The position numbers and the translations under genes are program-made. The notes beneath the pieces were generated by a model. That model made no database searches. It was not told where the DNA came from and was given only the letters and a program-made list of their open reading frames with translations. Of a stretch of DNA of 64,000 nt, positions 17,460 to 27,383 are shown piece by piece. The stretch covers positions 644 to 64,643 of the forward strand of contig CAZHIP010000003.1 of NCBI GenBank assembly GCA_964532925.1, given 5' to 3'. The stretch is from an uncultured Gammaproteobacteria bacterium (GTDB lineage Bacteria; Patescibacteriota; Patescibacteriia; GWA2-47-26). Position 1 is the first letter of the stretch, and the number at the start of each line of letters is the position of its first letter.

Positions 17460-18758
17460 ATGAAACGAGAACCTCTTATTCGCGTTGAAAATCTTCGCGT
17501 TGTTTACAACGAAGGCAAAGATAACGAATTTGTCGGGTTGAAAGACATCAATCTTTCTATTTATCCCCAAGAATATGTTATCTTTTTCGGCCCATCCGGA
17601 AGCGGAAAATCCACGCTTCTCTATGCCATTTTAGGTTTGCAAAAACCCTCGGCAGGGAAAATTTTTATTCACGACAAAGACAGCCTCAAGTTCAACGAAA
17701 AAGAGAAAAATGAAATGACCTCGAAGGTCTTTGGCATCGTTTTCCAACAATACAACCTAGTGTTTTCACTCTCCGTACTCGACAATGTTACCTTGCCGCA
17801 AGTATTTTTGAATGTAGGCACTGCCGAGCGCACCGGACGAGCCCACGAATTGCTCAAGCGTTTTGGTATCGAAGCACGCGCCAAAGCAACACCATCTCTG
17901 CTCTCTGGTGGCCAGCAACAACGAGTCGCTATTTGTCGTGCACTCGTCAACGACCCGCAAATTCTTTTGGCTGATGAACCGGTCGGCAACCTCGACTCGG
18001 AATCCGCCGACGTCGTCATGAAAACGATTCAAGATATTAACAAGAAAGACAAGAAAACGGTTATTCTTGTCACGCACGATCACCGGTATCTTCCGTTTGC
18101 TGATCGCATTTATTATTTCAAAGATTCACAACTGGAGCGCGAAGAAGTCGTCGCCAATAAAGCTTCAGACCTTATTTCAATGGGTAAACCCGGCGAAGAA
18201 GGCGGCAGAAGTGACCTCGAAAAAATCGCGCGTGTATATCCACATTTGTCGACAACACAGCTCAAAGCATGGAGTCTGACCAACTGGCTTGTCGAAGAAC
18301 TTACTGCAGAACAGCTTGGGCGTATGGAACATGCTATGGAAGATCTTTTGGGTGGTAAATCGAGCCAGCATACATTTTTCAAAAAACTCCACACGCCATT
18401 TTCTGAGGGTGGCATTGGTCTGTATATGTCCACCGCTATCAAATATAGCGAAAAAATTGAAAATATTTTGCGCACTGCCCACAATCTCAAAAAAGAACTT
18501 CGAACACCTCACACGCACAAGCAAGCATTGGGTACGTTGCGTAAATTTATCCTCGACGAACACTTGGGCGACCTCACTCGAGAACAAGTTGATCGCGTCA
18601 TGTCTATTATTTCTACTCGATCACTTGCAACAATATCCGCAGAAGACGCCCTCACGGCGCTCAAAACTCCGTTTGATGAGGGTGGTGTTGGCCTGCGCAC
18701 CATTACAGCCGAGCGAATTTCTGATAAAATTGAAGCAACCGTAGGACAGCTCGCGTAA
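17460..18758 (+). CDS. ABC transporter ATP-binding protein (MacB/LolD-like NBD) with about 200-aa C-terminal tandem-repeat extension
   Basis: Walker [14 protein letters not shown], signature [15 protein letters not shown], Walker [13 protein letters not shown]-loop VTHD; start moved to ATG 17460 downstream of the tRNA-Leu; C-terminus has two about 75-aa repeats each with TPF(S/D)EGG(I/V)GL. Confidence 0.85.
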   Translation: MKREPLIRVENLRVVYNEGKDNEFVGLKDINLSIYPQEYVIFFGPSGSGKSTLLYAILGLQKPSAGKIFIHDKDSLKFNEKEKNEMTSKVFGIVFQQYNLVFSLSVLDNVTLPQVFLNVGTAERTGRAHELLKRFGIEARAKATPSLLSGGQQQRVAICRALVNDPQILLADEPVGNLDSESADVVMKTIQDINKKDKKTVILVTHDHRYLPFADRIYYFKDSQLEREEVVANKASDLISMGKPGEEGGRSDLEKIARVYPHLSTTQLKAWSLTNWLVEELTAEQLGRMEHAMEDLLGGKSSQHTFFKKLHTPFSEGGIGLYMSTAIKYSEKIENILRTAHNLKKELRTPHTHKQALGTLRKFILDEHLGDLTREQVDRVMSIISTRSLATISAEDALTALKTPFDEGGVGLRTITAERISDKIEATVGQLA

Positions 18759-18786
18759 TTTTCTCGCGCAGGTCCTTGGTATTTTC

Positions 18787-19989
18787 ATGCATACACTCGA
18801 TGCGCTGCGTTTATCAACCCGCATGTTTCGCACGCGACCAATGCGAACATGGCTGACGGTATTAGGTGTCGGCGCAGGTGCCGGCGCAGTTTTGTTTTTG
18901 GTATCTCTTGGCTACGGTCTTCAAAATATTATTCTCGAAAAACTCATCTACGATCAAGCACTTCTTTCTTTACGTGTTACCCCTGCTTCAGAAAACCTCG
19001 TCATTACCAATAAAACCATCGAGGAACTCAAGGCATTTCCGGAAACAAAACAGGTGTCCCCCATGACCTCCTTCACTGGCCAGGCAACTATTGGCGAATT
19101 AAGTGGAAATGTTCAGCTGTTTGCCGCATCGGCGCCTTTCTTTGCATCTTCTGGTATCAATGCAACAGCAGGTAGCCTATACAAAGATTCTGACCCTCCG
19201 AGTGTGGTGGTATCAGAAACCACCCTCAAAATGTTTGGCATCACCGATAAAAACGCTGCGCTTAGCAAAACGATTAAGCTGGAGGTATTCGTTGCCACCA
19301 AAAACGAAGATGGCACCGACGCGGTTACCATCCTTGATCTCCCGAACTCCTACACCATCAAGGGCGTGTTCGAAAGCGGGCAAGAAAGCACTATCTTTAT
19401 CCCTATTGCGGAAATTAGCGAAAAAATTACCATTGACCATTACGATATTTTGCAAGTTACCGCCACCTCTATCTCAACAGCCACCAAACTCAAAGACACC
19501 ATTATCAACAAGGGTTTCCGTGTCTCCTCGATCTCGGAAACCATTGATCAAGCCAACAAAATCTTCTCAATTATCCAGATCATCCTCGGGGTATTCGGTG
19601 CATTTTCCCTTGTCGTCTCCTCTATTGGCACCTTTAACACGATGACTGTCACGCTTCTTGAGCGCACGGGCGAAATTGGTATCATGCGGGCGCTCGGAGG
19701 TAGTCGCGGCGACATTCAGCGTGTTTTCTTGGCAGAATCTATCATTATTGGCGGTCTTGGTGGCATGACTGGTGTAGGGCTCGGAATTCTTGGCGGTGAA
19801 GTGTTTAACTACGGTATTAACTTGTTGGCAACTCGTTTTGGCGGACCGTCAATTCAATTGTTCTATTATCCTCTGCGTTTTCTCTTAGGCATTATCGCGA
19901 TTTCCACCATCATTGGATTCCTCGCGGGTGTATTCCCTGCCCGTCGCGCCGCACAACTCGATCCATTAGAAGCATTGCGATACAAATAA
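18787..19989 (+). CDS. ABC transporter permease, FtsX/MacB-type (4 TM with large periplasmic domain)
   Basis: N-terminal TM (TWLTVLGVGAGAGAVLFLVSLGYG), about 200-aa periplasmic domain, C-terminal three TM with GEIGIMRALGGSRGDIQRVFLAESIIIG motif characteristic of FtsX-like permeases. Confidence 0.8.
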   Translation: MHTLDALRLSTRMFRTRPMRTWLTVLGVGAGAGAVLFLVSLGYGLQNIILEKLIYDQALLSLRVTPASENLVITNKTIEELKAFPETKQVSPMTSFTGQATIGELSGNVQLFAASAPFFASSGINATAGSLYKDSDPPSVVVSETTLKMFGITDKNAALSKTIKLEVFVATKNEDGTDAVTILDLPNSYTIKGVFESGQESTIFIPIAEISEKITIDHYDILQVTATSISTATKLKDTIINKGFRVSSISETIDQANKIFSIIQIILGVFGAFSLVVSSIGTFNTMTVTLLERTGEIGIMRALGGSRGDIQRVFLAESIIIGGLGGMTGVGLGILGGEVFNYGINLLATRFGGPSIQLFYYPLRFLLGIIAISTIIGFLAGVFPARRAAQLDPLEALRYK

Positions 19990-20045
19990 AAAATCAAGTT
20001 GTCCACAACTAGTACACAGGCAAACCAAAATGGTACAATTACTCC

Positions 20046-23000
20046 ATGCCTGCCATTCGTTTTCGTGTTCGCCGCGTGAAAAAACGCTCCACACTTTCAC
20101 GCTGGTATTCAAAAATAATTAAAACAACAAATCGCGCCATTAGCCGATCTGTTTTTGCTATTCGCGTGCGTCGCAGTTTCCGTGCACTCCCCTCTCATCT
20201 CCGTACAGCAGTCATTGGAGTTGTGGTAATTGCGGTCGCAATACCTGCTGTTTTCCTCTACCCAAACTCAGCGCATGGCGCGAGCTACACTTTTGCGCAA
20301 ACAGACTGGCAAGGCGGCACTGATAGTGACACTGGCGCAGAACATGCTACTAACCAGACCGGTTGGACCAAATATTCCAGTATTTCCAACATGTCCGGCA
20401 CCACCTCCGCCGGCAATGCGGTCTTAACCACTGCTAGCTACACCGCAACCGACGACGGCACCCTAACCTCAACGGGTGCCGCAACTGGTGGCGGATTTAG
20501 CAGTGGCACCATCTCGAGTACTGCGGTTTCAGGAAGTGGGGCCAGTGGCGCCATAGCTCTCGATGGCTCAGCGACAGCTATTAATAACTGGTCTACTGCT
20601 GCAGCAGGCATTCCCGGCACAGTAACATCTGGAGGCTACATGATTCGGAATGGAACCGATGACACCCTATACCTTATCGGAGGTGGCACTACTGGATTAT
20701 ACAAATATACAATCTCGAGCAATCTCTGGACCACATTAACAGCCATACCTGCAGCTGTCGGCATAGGAGCCACCATGCTTCGCGATGGCTCCAGTGATGA
20801 TATTTACATCACTCGCGGTGGCAGCACGACTGCATTTTATAAATATTCAATTTCTGGTAACTCTTGGACAACGCTCGCAACAAGTCCTGCAGGTTTTGGC
20901 GCAAGTAGCAACATGATTCGCAATGCGTCAGATAACGATATTTATGCCGCCCAAGGTGGTGGCTCAAGCGCCTTTTACCGTTACTCGATTTCCGGCAACA
21001 CATGGACCACCTTAACTGCAATGCCTGGAGCATATGGTGCTGGCGGAAAAATCCTACGCAATTCCACTGATAATGATATTTATGCCCTCCAAGGTAATGG
21101 CAGTAGTGGCTTTTGGCGGTATTCAATTTCCGGCAACACATGGACATCTCTCGCCGTGTTTTCTGCTCTGGCCTACGACGATGCCTCAATCATTCGCAAC
21201 GGGTCCGATGACCTCTTCTATGCCACCAAAGGCGCCGCAACAGGTGGCTTTTACTCCTACTCAATCGCGGGGAATGTATGGACAACACTCACCTCAGCAC
21301 CCGGCAACATCCACCTTGGCTCAAAATTGATTCGCAATGGATCATCAAATGATGTCTACCTCACGCAAGGCAATGGTACGGGCTTCTATCGCTACTCTAT
21401 TTCCGGAAACTCCTGGACAACACTAACTGTTACCCCAGGAGCTATTGGCAATGGATCCTTTTTCTCTTGGGCATCCTCAGAAAACACTATATACATTAGC
21501 CGAGGTGCTGCTACGAATGGATTTTTTGCTTATTCTGTTTCTGGAGGCACATGGACAAGCTCCTACACTAGTAGTCTCACTGCAACTCTTGGGACCGTTG
21601 GTGCGGGTGCCCAAATGCTTCGCAATGGCACTGATGATGAGGTTTATGTAACCCAAGGTGGAGCCACTGGTTTCTATCGCTACTCCATCTCCGGCAACAC
21701 GTGGACAACGCTCGCTACCGTACCTTTTGCGGTTGGTGCCGGGAGCTCTATGATCAGAAACAGTAACGACGATCACATCTATCTAATTCGCGGTGGAGCA
21801 CTTTCTGGTTTTTTTCGCTACTCTATTTCAGGCAACACATGGACCACACTGTATGGAACCCCTGGCGCGGCTGGTGCTGGAAGTACCATGATTCGCGCAG
21901 GATCATCTGATGATATTTATTTATTACGTGGCGGAAGCACTACAAGTTTTTATCGCTATACTATTGCAGGAAACACTTGGACAACGCTCGCTGTTGTACC
22001 TGCGAATACTGGTGTTGGCGCCACTATTATTAGAAACGGGACCGATGATGACATTTACGCTCTCCAAGGGAATACCGGCACTGGACTCTATCGATACTCA
22101 ATCACCGGTAACTCATGGACCACGTTAACAATAGTGCCTGGTACTACTGGTGATGGGGCAGCTATGCTACGCAATGGGGCAGACAATGATATCTACATTT
22201 TGCGCGGTGGTGGCAACAATAGTTTTTACCGCTACTCTATTTCAGGAAACTCCTATACAGCTCTCACTGTCGTACCTACTGCATCAAACACGGGTGGGAC
22301 CATGCTTCGCAATGGATCAGACAACGATATTTACATCTTCCCGGGATCTAGTGCCACCTTTTATAAATATTCCATCACGGGCAACTCCTATACAGCAATG
22401 CCCAATGTGCCAGGATCTATTAGTACTGGAGGTGGTGCCATTCGAAACAGCGCAAACGAAAACAACTTCTATATCCTTCAAGGTGCGGGTACGGCGTTTC
22501 ATAAATTCACCATCAACCAAGTTGTCTACAACGCCTCTGGAACTTTTACTTCGGCAACAATTGATACCGCGGGCGTGACTGCCTATGGAAATGCATCATG
22601 GACCATCTCACTGCCGACAGGAACCACGGCCACTGTGGCAACGCGAACAAGCTCTGATAGTAGCTCATGGTCTGCGTGGAGCGCCGAACTTTCTACCGCC
22701 GCAGGCTCTGCTATCACCTCAAACACCGACCGATATATCCAGTATCGCCTCACACTAGGAACATCTGATTCTGCCCTTACTCCCTCTATTAGCGATGTCA
22801 CGCTTGCTTATACTGCATACAACACCTCTGGCAACCTAGTTTCTTCTATCTTTAATGCGAGTGATGCCACCAACGTGATCGGAGGTCTTGCATGGACCGA
22901 AGATGCAAGCCTCCCATCGGGCACCAGTGTAACTATTTCGCTTCGTGCCGCCGCATCTTCTGGTGGTGTTTCTGGCGCCTCCTGGAGTGATTTCACAAAC

Positions 23001-26000
23001 GCGACCGCAAACTGCTCAAAGTCTACGGGTACAGTAACCTGTACGAGCGCTGCAATTCCTGTTGGATTGCTAACCAATGCACAATATTTCCAATACAAAA
23101 TTACATCAGCGTCTACTAATGGCGGCGCGTCCCCAACCATTGGGTCTGTGACTACCACCTACGTCGTCAATGCACCGCCGGAATTACAAAATGTCACGGC
23201 AACACAAGGCTCTGACGGTTTAGTTACCATTAGCTATGATGCTCGCGACCCTGATACAGCCTCGGGATCCCCCGCAAACCAAGGTCATGTTACCCCCTCT
23301 TTCGAGTACTGGAATGGCTCCAGCTACAGCGCGATAACAACACTGGCAGTAGGAGACACTTCGAATAAGGCAGTCAATGCAGATGGCACCACCTGGACCA
23401 CACACACGGCAACCTGGACAGCCACGACTGATTATTCCGGCCAATACATGAATAACACAGCAAAAATTCGTGTTACCTTAAACGATAATGAAGCTGCGAA
23501 TAACACAGCAAACTCAGAAAGCGCCACATTCACGCTTGACACCAAGGTGCCAGCCAGTGCTTCAGTGCTCGCTGACTACTCAACCGCCAACTCAGGCAAT
23601 AGCTACTTGGCAACCCTGACGCTCGCCGCAAGCGACGACACCGCACTTACCATGATGATCTCAACGACCTCAAACCATGCAAGCCCGCTCTTTTCTGGTG
23701 CCTACGCCACCTCAAAAACCGTTTCTGTCGGCAACACACCAGATTCTCCGGACACGATCTATGTTCGCTTTACTGATGCCAAGGGTAACATCACGAACGT
23801 ATCAACCACTCCGCCTGCCCGCGGCACAAACCTCATGATCCAGGATATCTCAAACATCACCACCGCCCCCGCAGAGTACCGCTTGTTCGTTGCATGGAAA
23901 GCTGTGTCCCCGACCGGTTTTGGCTCATACAAAGTCTATCGTTCAACCGATCAGTCCGTCTGGTCGCTCCTCACCACCATTGCCACCGCAGGAACCAACT
24001 ACTACACCGACTCAACCGTTTCCGCTGACACTGCATATTATTACCGCGTAACGATATTAAACAGCAACAGTGATATTTCATTCGTCTCCGCTACGGTAAA
24101 CGGTAATGCGAATGGTACTCAGGATCCAGGCGAAGGTGCCGGCGGTTCTTCGGTGGCTCCTGTTCTCTCAAGCGTCACAGTGGGCTCTATCACTCCCACG
24201 ACCGCCACGGTCACCTGGGACACGGACCAAATTTCCAACTCAGCAGTCAGCTACTCAACCACCGCCGCACTCTTTAACACCACCACGTCGGTCTCATCCA
24301 TGCTTGATACTGCCGCTGGTGTTGGCCAACACAGCGTAGTGCTTTCTGGGCTCACTCCTAATACCACCTACTACCTCCGCGCAAGCTCTACGAACACAAC
24401 CGGCTCAACTGGCACCGCATCAAATGGTGGGAACGGCTACACCTTTACCACACTTTCAGGACCTGCCATTACCGCCACCGGCACCGCTCGCACCGAAAGC
24501 ATCAGCAACACCTCTGCTACCATTGTCTGGCAGACATCCTCTGCTGCTGATTCCGAAGTTATCTACTCAACCAGCCCGACGTTCGCAAGCTCAAGCACTA
24601 CTTCATCGTTAACCATGGTTACCGACCACTCAGTCACCCTGACAAGCCTTTCCGCCGCCACCCAATACTTCTTCTATGTGCAGTCAACGGATGAAAGCAA
24701 CAATGTTGAACAAGACAAAAACGTGGTTGACGGCGTAGCCCGCTACTATTCGTTCACCACCTCAAACGATTCCACTGCTCCAACCATATCTGCAGTGAGC
24801 GCAGTCGCTCAAACCACCACCGCAGTTATTCTCTGGACCACAAATGAATCAGCCACCTCACAGGTTGAATACGGCACGACCAACTCTTACGGCACAAGCA
24901 CCACACTCGATTCAACCCTCACCACACAACACTCAGTATCACTATCCTCGCTTACCCCTGGTACCCTCTACTACTACCGCGTCAAAACAACCGACACAAA
25001 CGGTAATCTTTCCACTGGGTCTGAACAAACCTTCACCACCGGCGACTCCACCGCACCGGTGATTTCTAGTGTTGCATCAGGTAGCCTTGCGCTCACGAGC
25101 GCGACCATCACCTGGACCACCAACGAACAATCTAATAGCGTTGTCGAATACGGAACATCAACGGCGTACGGCTCTACTGCCGGCAGCGAAGTGGAAGCAG
25201 TCACCTCTCACTCGGTCACCCTCTCAAGCCTTTCCGCTAACACGCTCTACTACTACCGCGTCAGGTCTCGTGACGCATCCGGCAACCTTGCAACGAGTGA
25301 TAATAGTGGCAATGGATACACCTTTACCACCGTAGCTGACTCAACTGCGCCAACGATTTCTAATGTAACTACTGCACTCGTCTCTGATACTTCTGCCATT
25401 ATTACCTGGACAACCAATGAAGTTGCAAATGCCAAAGTTGAATATGGGCCAACGATCGCGTATGGCTCATCAACCATTGTTACCGCTTCATATACCACCA
25501 ACCAAACAGTACAAATAACCGGGCTCACCAAGAGCACCCCATACTTCTTCAAAGTTATCTCCATTGATCCTTCCACCAACTCGACCACGAGCGACAATAC
25601 TGGTGCGGGTTATACCTTTACTACAACAGCAGACCCAGTAGCCGCGAGTAGCGGTGGTGGAGGTGGTGGCGGCTTCTATCCAGGAGATGTTACTCCACCA
25701 AATATCTTGGATGTAAAAATTAATAACATCACCAGCTCAAGTGCTCGCATCGAGTGGCTTACAGATGAAGCCGCAAACACCATGGTGAGCTACAATGCTC
25801 CCAACCAACCTGCATTCCTCGAAGGAAACTCCGACGACAGCGCTCCAACTCATGCGGTCACTCTTACTGGCCTGGAACCTGCTACCACCTACTCATTCCG
25901 CCCCATCTCCTACGATGCAAAAGGAAACAAAGGCACCGGAGAGTTGAGCAAGTTCACTACACTCGGGAAAGATGGAAAAGTAATTGCCGCTCCACAAATT

Positions 26001-27143
26001 GGCACACCTCCGGCTCCAGCGACTCCTGCTACTCCCGCACCCGCAACACCTACGCCTGCAGCCACGAGCTCATCGTTATTGGATACCTTAAAAACAATTA
26101 TCAGTAATCCGTTGCTTTCCGCATTACCGGAATCAACCCTCATCGCACTCCTCAATGATCTATCCGCCAAAGCAATCTCTCCGCCAACTATTGTAAGCAA
26201 TAAGGCTGATGTAGAAGTGAAGGGCACTGTCGCCACTATCACCTGGAGTACGGATAAAAAAACCATTGGTGTGGTTGCATATGGGAAAATCGGTGAACCT
26301 TTAAACGAGAAAAATCAGTTCAGTATTGCCGGCAACATCAACACCTATAACACGGACCATAAAGTTGTACTGGACGGATTAGACCCTGCAACTACCTACA
26401 AATATGAAGTACAAGCAAAGGCTGCCTATGGTCCCGAGGCAAAGTTTGTCGCTGGTACATTCAAGACAACCACAGAGTTGCCCGTAATCTCGAATATCAA
26501 ACTCGATAGCATTAACGACAACTCCGTCACTGTGCAATGGAAAACCAATACTCCAACGAGTGCCTCTGTTGAATACACAAACCGCGATACTCAGGTCACT
26601 CTGGCACAGGGCGACACCTCTCTTTTGAGAGATCACTCAATCACCGTCAAAGACCTGCTTTCGGGTGCCCCCTACTCTCTCGTGATTAAAGCATCAGATG
26701 AATTCAAAAATGAATCCGTTTCTGGTAGTGTGCCGTTTACCACTGGCAAAGACGTGCTTGCCCCAGAAATCACCAAAGTTACCGCAGAATCCACCATCTA
26801 CCCAGGCAAAGAGTCCCGCGTGCAGACGATCGTCACTTGGACAACCAATGAACCTGGTACCTCTCAAGTCTTCTATCAAGAAGGTGTGGGTGTTGATGCT
26901 AAGGCTATCGAACTCTCGAAAGACAACACGCTCACCTTGGCTCACACAGTGGTCGTCACAAAATTTGCTCCAGCTTCGATCTACAAGTTCTGGGTCGTGT
27001 CAGTCGATGCTTCAGGAAACTCCACGCGATCAAAGGACTACACCATTCTGACACCACAACAGAAAGAAACCGTGGTGGATGTGATCCTGAAGAACTTCGA
27101 GCAAACCTTCGGGTGGACACAAAGACTCAAGGGAGGCAATTAA
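20046..27143 (+). CDS. Giant (2365 aa) membrane-anchored surface protein with about 40 Kelch-like beta-propeller repeats and about 10 FN3-like repeats
   Basis: Single uninterrupted ORF; N-terminal basic region + TM (LRTAVIGVVVIAVAIPAVFLY); residues about 190-830 are about 47-aa repeats (...IRNGxDxDIYxLxGGxxxxFYRYSISGNTWTTL...); residues about 1370-2330 are about 100-aa repeats (TAPxISxVxxxxxxxTSATITWTTNExxNSxVEYGTxxxYGSTT...HSVTLSxLxxxTxYYYRV) typical of FN3/purple-acid-phosphatase-N-like beta-sandwich domains. Confidence 0.8.
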   Translation: MPAIRFRVRRVKKRSTLSRWYSKIIKTTNRAISRSVFAIRVRRSFRALPSHLRTAVIGVVVIAVAIPAVFLYPNSAHGASYTFAQTDWQGGTDSDTGAEHATNQTGWTKYSSISNMSGTTSAGNAVLTTASYTATDDGTLTSTGAATGGGFSSGTISSTAVSGSGASGAIALDGSATAINNWSTAAAGIPGTVTSGGYMIRNGTDDTLYLIGGGTTGLYKYTISSNLWTTLTAIPAAVGIGATMLRDGSSDDIYITRGGSTTAFYKYSISGNSWTTLATSPAGFGASSNMIRNASDNDIYAAQGGGSSAFYRYSISGNTWTTLTAMPGAYGAGGKILRNSTDNDIYALQGNGSSGFWRYSISGNTWTSLAVFSALAYDDASIIRNGSDDLFYATKGAATGGFYSYSIAGNVWTTLTSAPGNIHLGSKLIRNGSSNDVYLTQGNGTGFYRYSISGNSWTTLTVTPGAIGNGSFFSWASSENTIYISRGAATNGFFAYSVSGGTWTSSYTSSLTATLGTVGAGAQMLRNGTDDEVYVTQGGATGFYRYSISGNTWTTLATVPFAVGAGSSMIRNSNDDHIYLIRGGALSGFFRYSISGNTWTTLYGTPGAAGAGSTMIRAGSSDDIYLLRGGSTTSFYRYTIAGNTWTTLAVVPANTGVGATIIRNGTDDDIYALQGNTGTGLYRYSITGNSWTTLTIVPGTTGDGAAMLRNGADNDIYILRGGGNNSFYRYSISGNSYTALTVVPTASNTGGTMLRNGSDNDIYIFPGSSATFYKYSITGNSYTAMPNVPGSISTGGGAIRNSANENNFYILQGAGTAFHKFTINQVVYNASGTFTSATIDTAGVTAYGNASWTISLPTGTTATVATRTSSDSSSWSAWSAELSTAAGSAITSNTDRYIQYRLTLGTSDSALTPSISDVTLAYTAYNTSGNLVSSIFNASDATNVIGGLAWTEDASLPSGTSVTISLRAAASSGGVSGASWSDFTNATANCSKSTGTVTCTSAAIPVGLLTNAQYFQYKITSASTNGGASPTIGSVTTTYVVNAPPELQNVTATQGSDGLVTISYDARDPDTASGSPANQGHVTPSFEYWNGSSYSAITTLAVGDTSNKAVNADGTTWTTHTATWTATTDYSGQYMNNTAKIRVTLNDNEAANNTANSESATFTLDTKVPASASVLADYSTANSGNSYLATLTLAASDDTALTMMISTTSNHASPLFSGAYATSKTVSVGNTPDSPDTIYVRFTDAKGNITNVSTTPPARGTNLMIQDISNITTAPAEYRLFVAWKAVSPTGFGSYKVYRSTDQSVWSLLTTIATAGTNYYTDSTVSADTAYYYRVTILNSNSDISFVSATVNGNANGTQDPGEGAGGSSVAPVLSSVTVGSITPTTATVTWDTDQISNSAVSYSTTAALFNTTTSVSSMLDTAAGVGQHSVVLSGLTPNTTYYLRASSTNTTGSTGTASNGGNGYTFTTLSGPAITATGTARTESISNTSATIVWQTSSAADSEVIYSTSPTFASSSTTSSLTMVTDHSVTLTSLSAATQYFFYVQSTDESNNVEQDKNVVDGVARYYSFTTSNDSTAPTISAVSAVAQTTTAVILWTTNESATSQVEYGTTNSYGTSTTLDSTLTTQHSVSLSSLTPGTLYYYRVKTTDTNGNLSTGSEQTFTTGDSTAPVISSVASGSLALTSATITWTTNEQSNSVVEYGTSTAYGSTAGSEVEAVTSHSVTLSSLSANTLYYYRVRSRDASGNLATSDNSGNGYTFTTVADSTAPTISNVTTALVSDTSAIITWTTNEVANAKVEYGPTIAYGSSTIVTASYTTNQTVQITGLTKSTPYFFKVISIDPSTNSTTSDNTGAGYTFTTTADPVAASSGGGGGGGFYPGDVTPPNILDVKINNITSSSARIEWLTDEAANTMVSYNAPNQPAFLEGNSDDSAPTHAVTLTGLEPATTYSFRPISYDAKGNKGTGELSKFTTLGKDGKVIAAPQIGTPPAPATPATPAPATPTPAATSSSLLDTLKTIISNPLLSALPESTLIALLNDLSAKAISPPTIVSNKADVEVKGTVATITWSTDKKTIGVVAYGKIGEPLNEKNQFSIAGNINTYNTDHKVVLDGLDPATTYKYEVQAKAAYGPEAKFVAGTFKTTTELPVISNIKLDSINDNSVTVQWKTNTPTSASVEYTNRDTQVTLAQGDTSLLRDHSITVKDLLSGAPYSLVIKASDEFKNESVSGSVPFTTGKDVLAPEITKVTAESTIYPGKESRVQTIVTWTTNEPGTSQVFYQEGVGVDAKAIELSKDNTLTLAHTVVVTKFAPASIYKFWVVSVDASGNSTRSKDYTILTPQQKETVVDVILKNFEQTFGWTQRLKGGN
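20600..22500 (+). repeat. Tandem about 141-bp imperfect coding repeats (Kelch-like units) inside the giant gene
   Basis: Recurrent protein motif YRYSISGN(T/S)WTTL roughly every 47 codons, at least 15 recognisable units. Confidence 0.6.
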
Positions 27144-27199
27144 TACGTGAGATGTAAGATGATAATAAAAAAACACCCGGTTTAATCCTGGTGTTTTTT

Positions 27200-27274
27200 T
27201 GGTGCGGGTAGAGAGAGTCGAACTCTCATCTCTGCCTTGGCAAGGCAGCATAATAGCCGCTATACGATACCCGC
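27200..27274 (-). tRNA. tRNA-Gly (anticodon GCC), CCA encoded
   Basis: Reverse complement: acceptor gcgggta/tacccgc, anticodon stem ctgcc/ggcag loop ttGCCaa, T-arm gagag-ttcgact-ctctc, discriminator A + cca. Confidence 0.85.
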
Positions 27275-27383
27275 CTACGCTAAAGCTTCGGCGGGCAGGC
27301 CCGCGTAAGGCACTTAGTGTTGGCGCTGCAAAATCACTACGAACGAGGAGGAGTATAACAAAAGATTAGTCATGAGGCAAGCC

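Noticed and set aside
20046-27143. Many internal plus-strand and minus-strand ORFs (60-180 aa) listed in the six-frame track inside the giant gene and inside hppA, pnp, dnaA and others
   Set aside because: They lie antisense to, or out of frame within, long well-supported genes. They have low-complexity products (Pro/Ser/Thr/Arg-rich) typical of spurious ORFs in repetitive or GC-skewed coding sequence.
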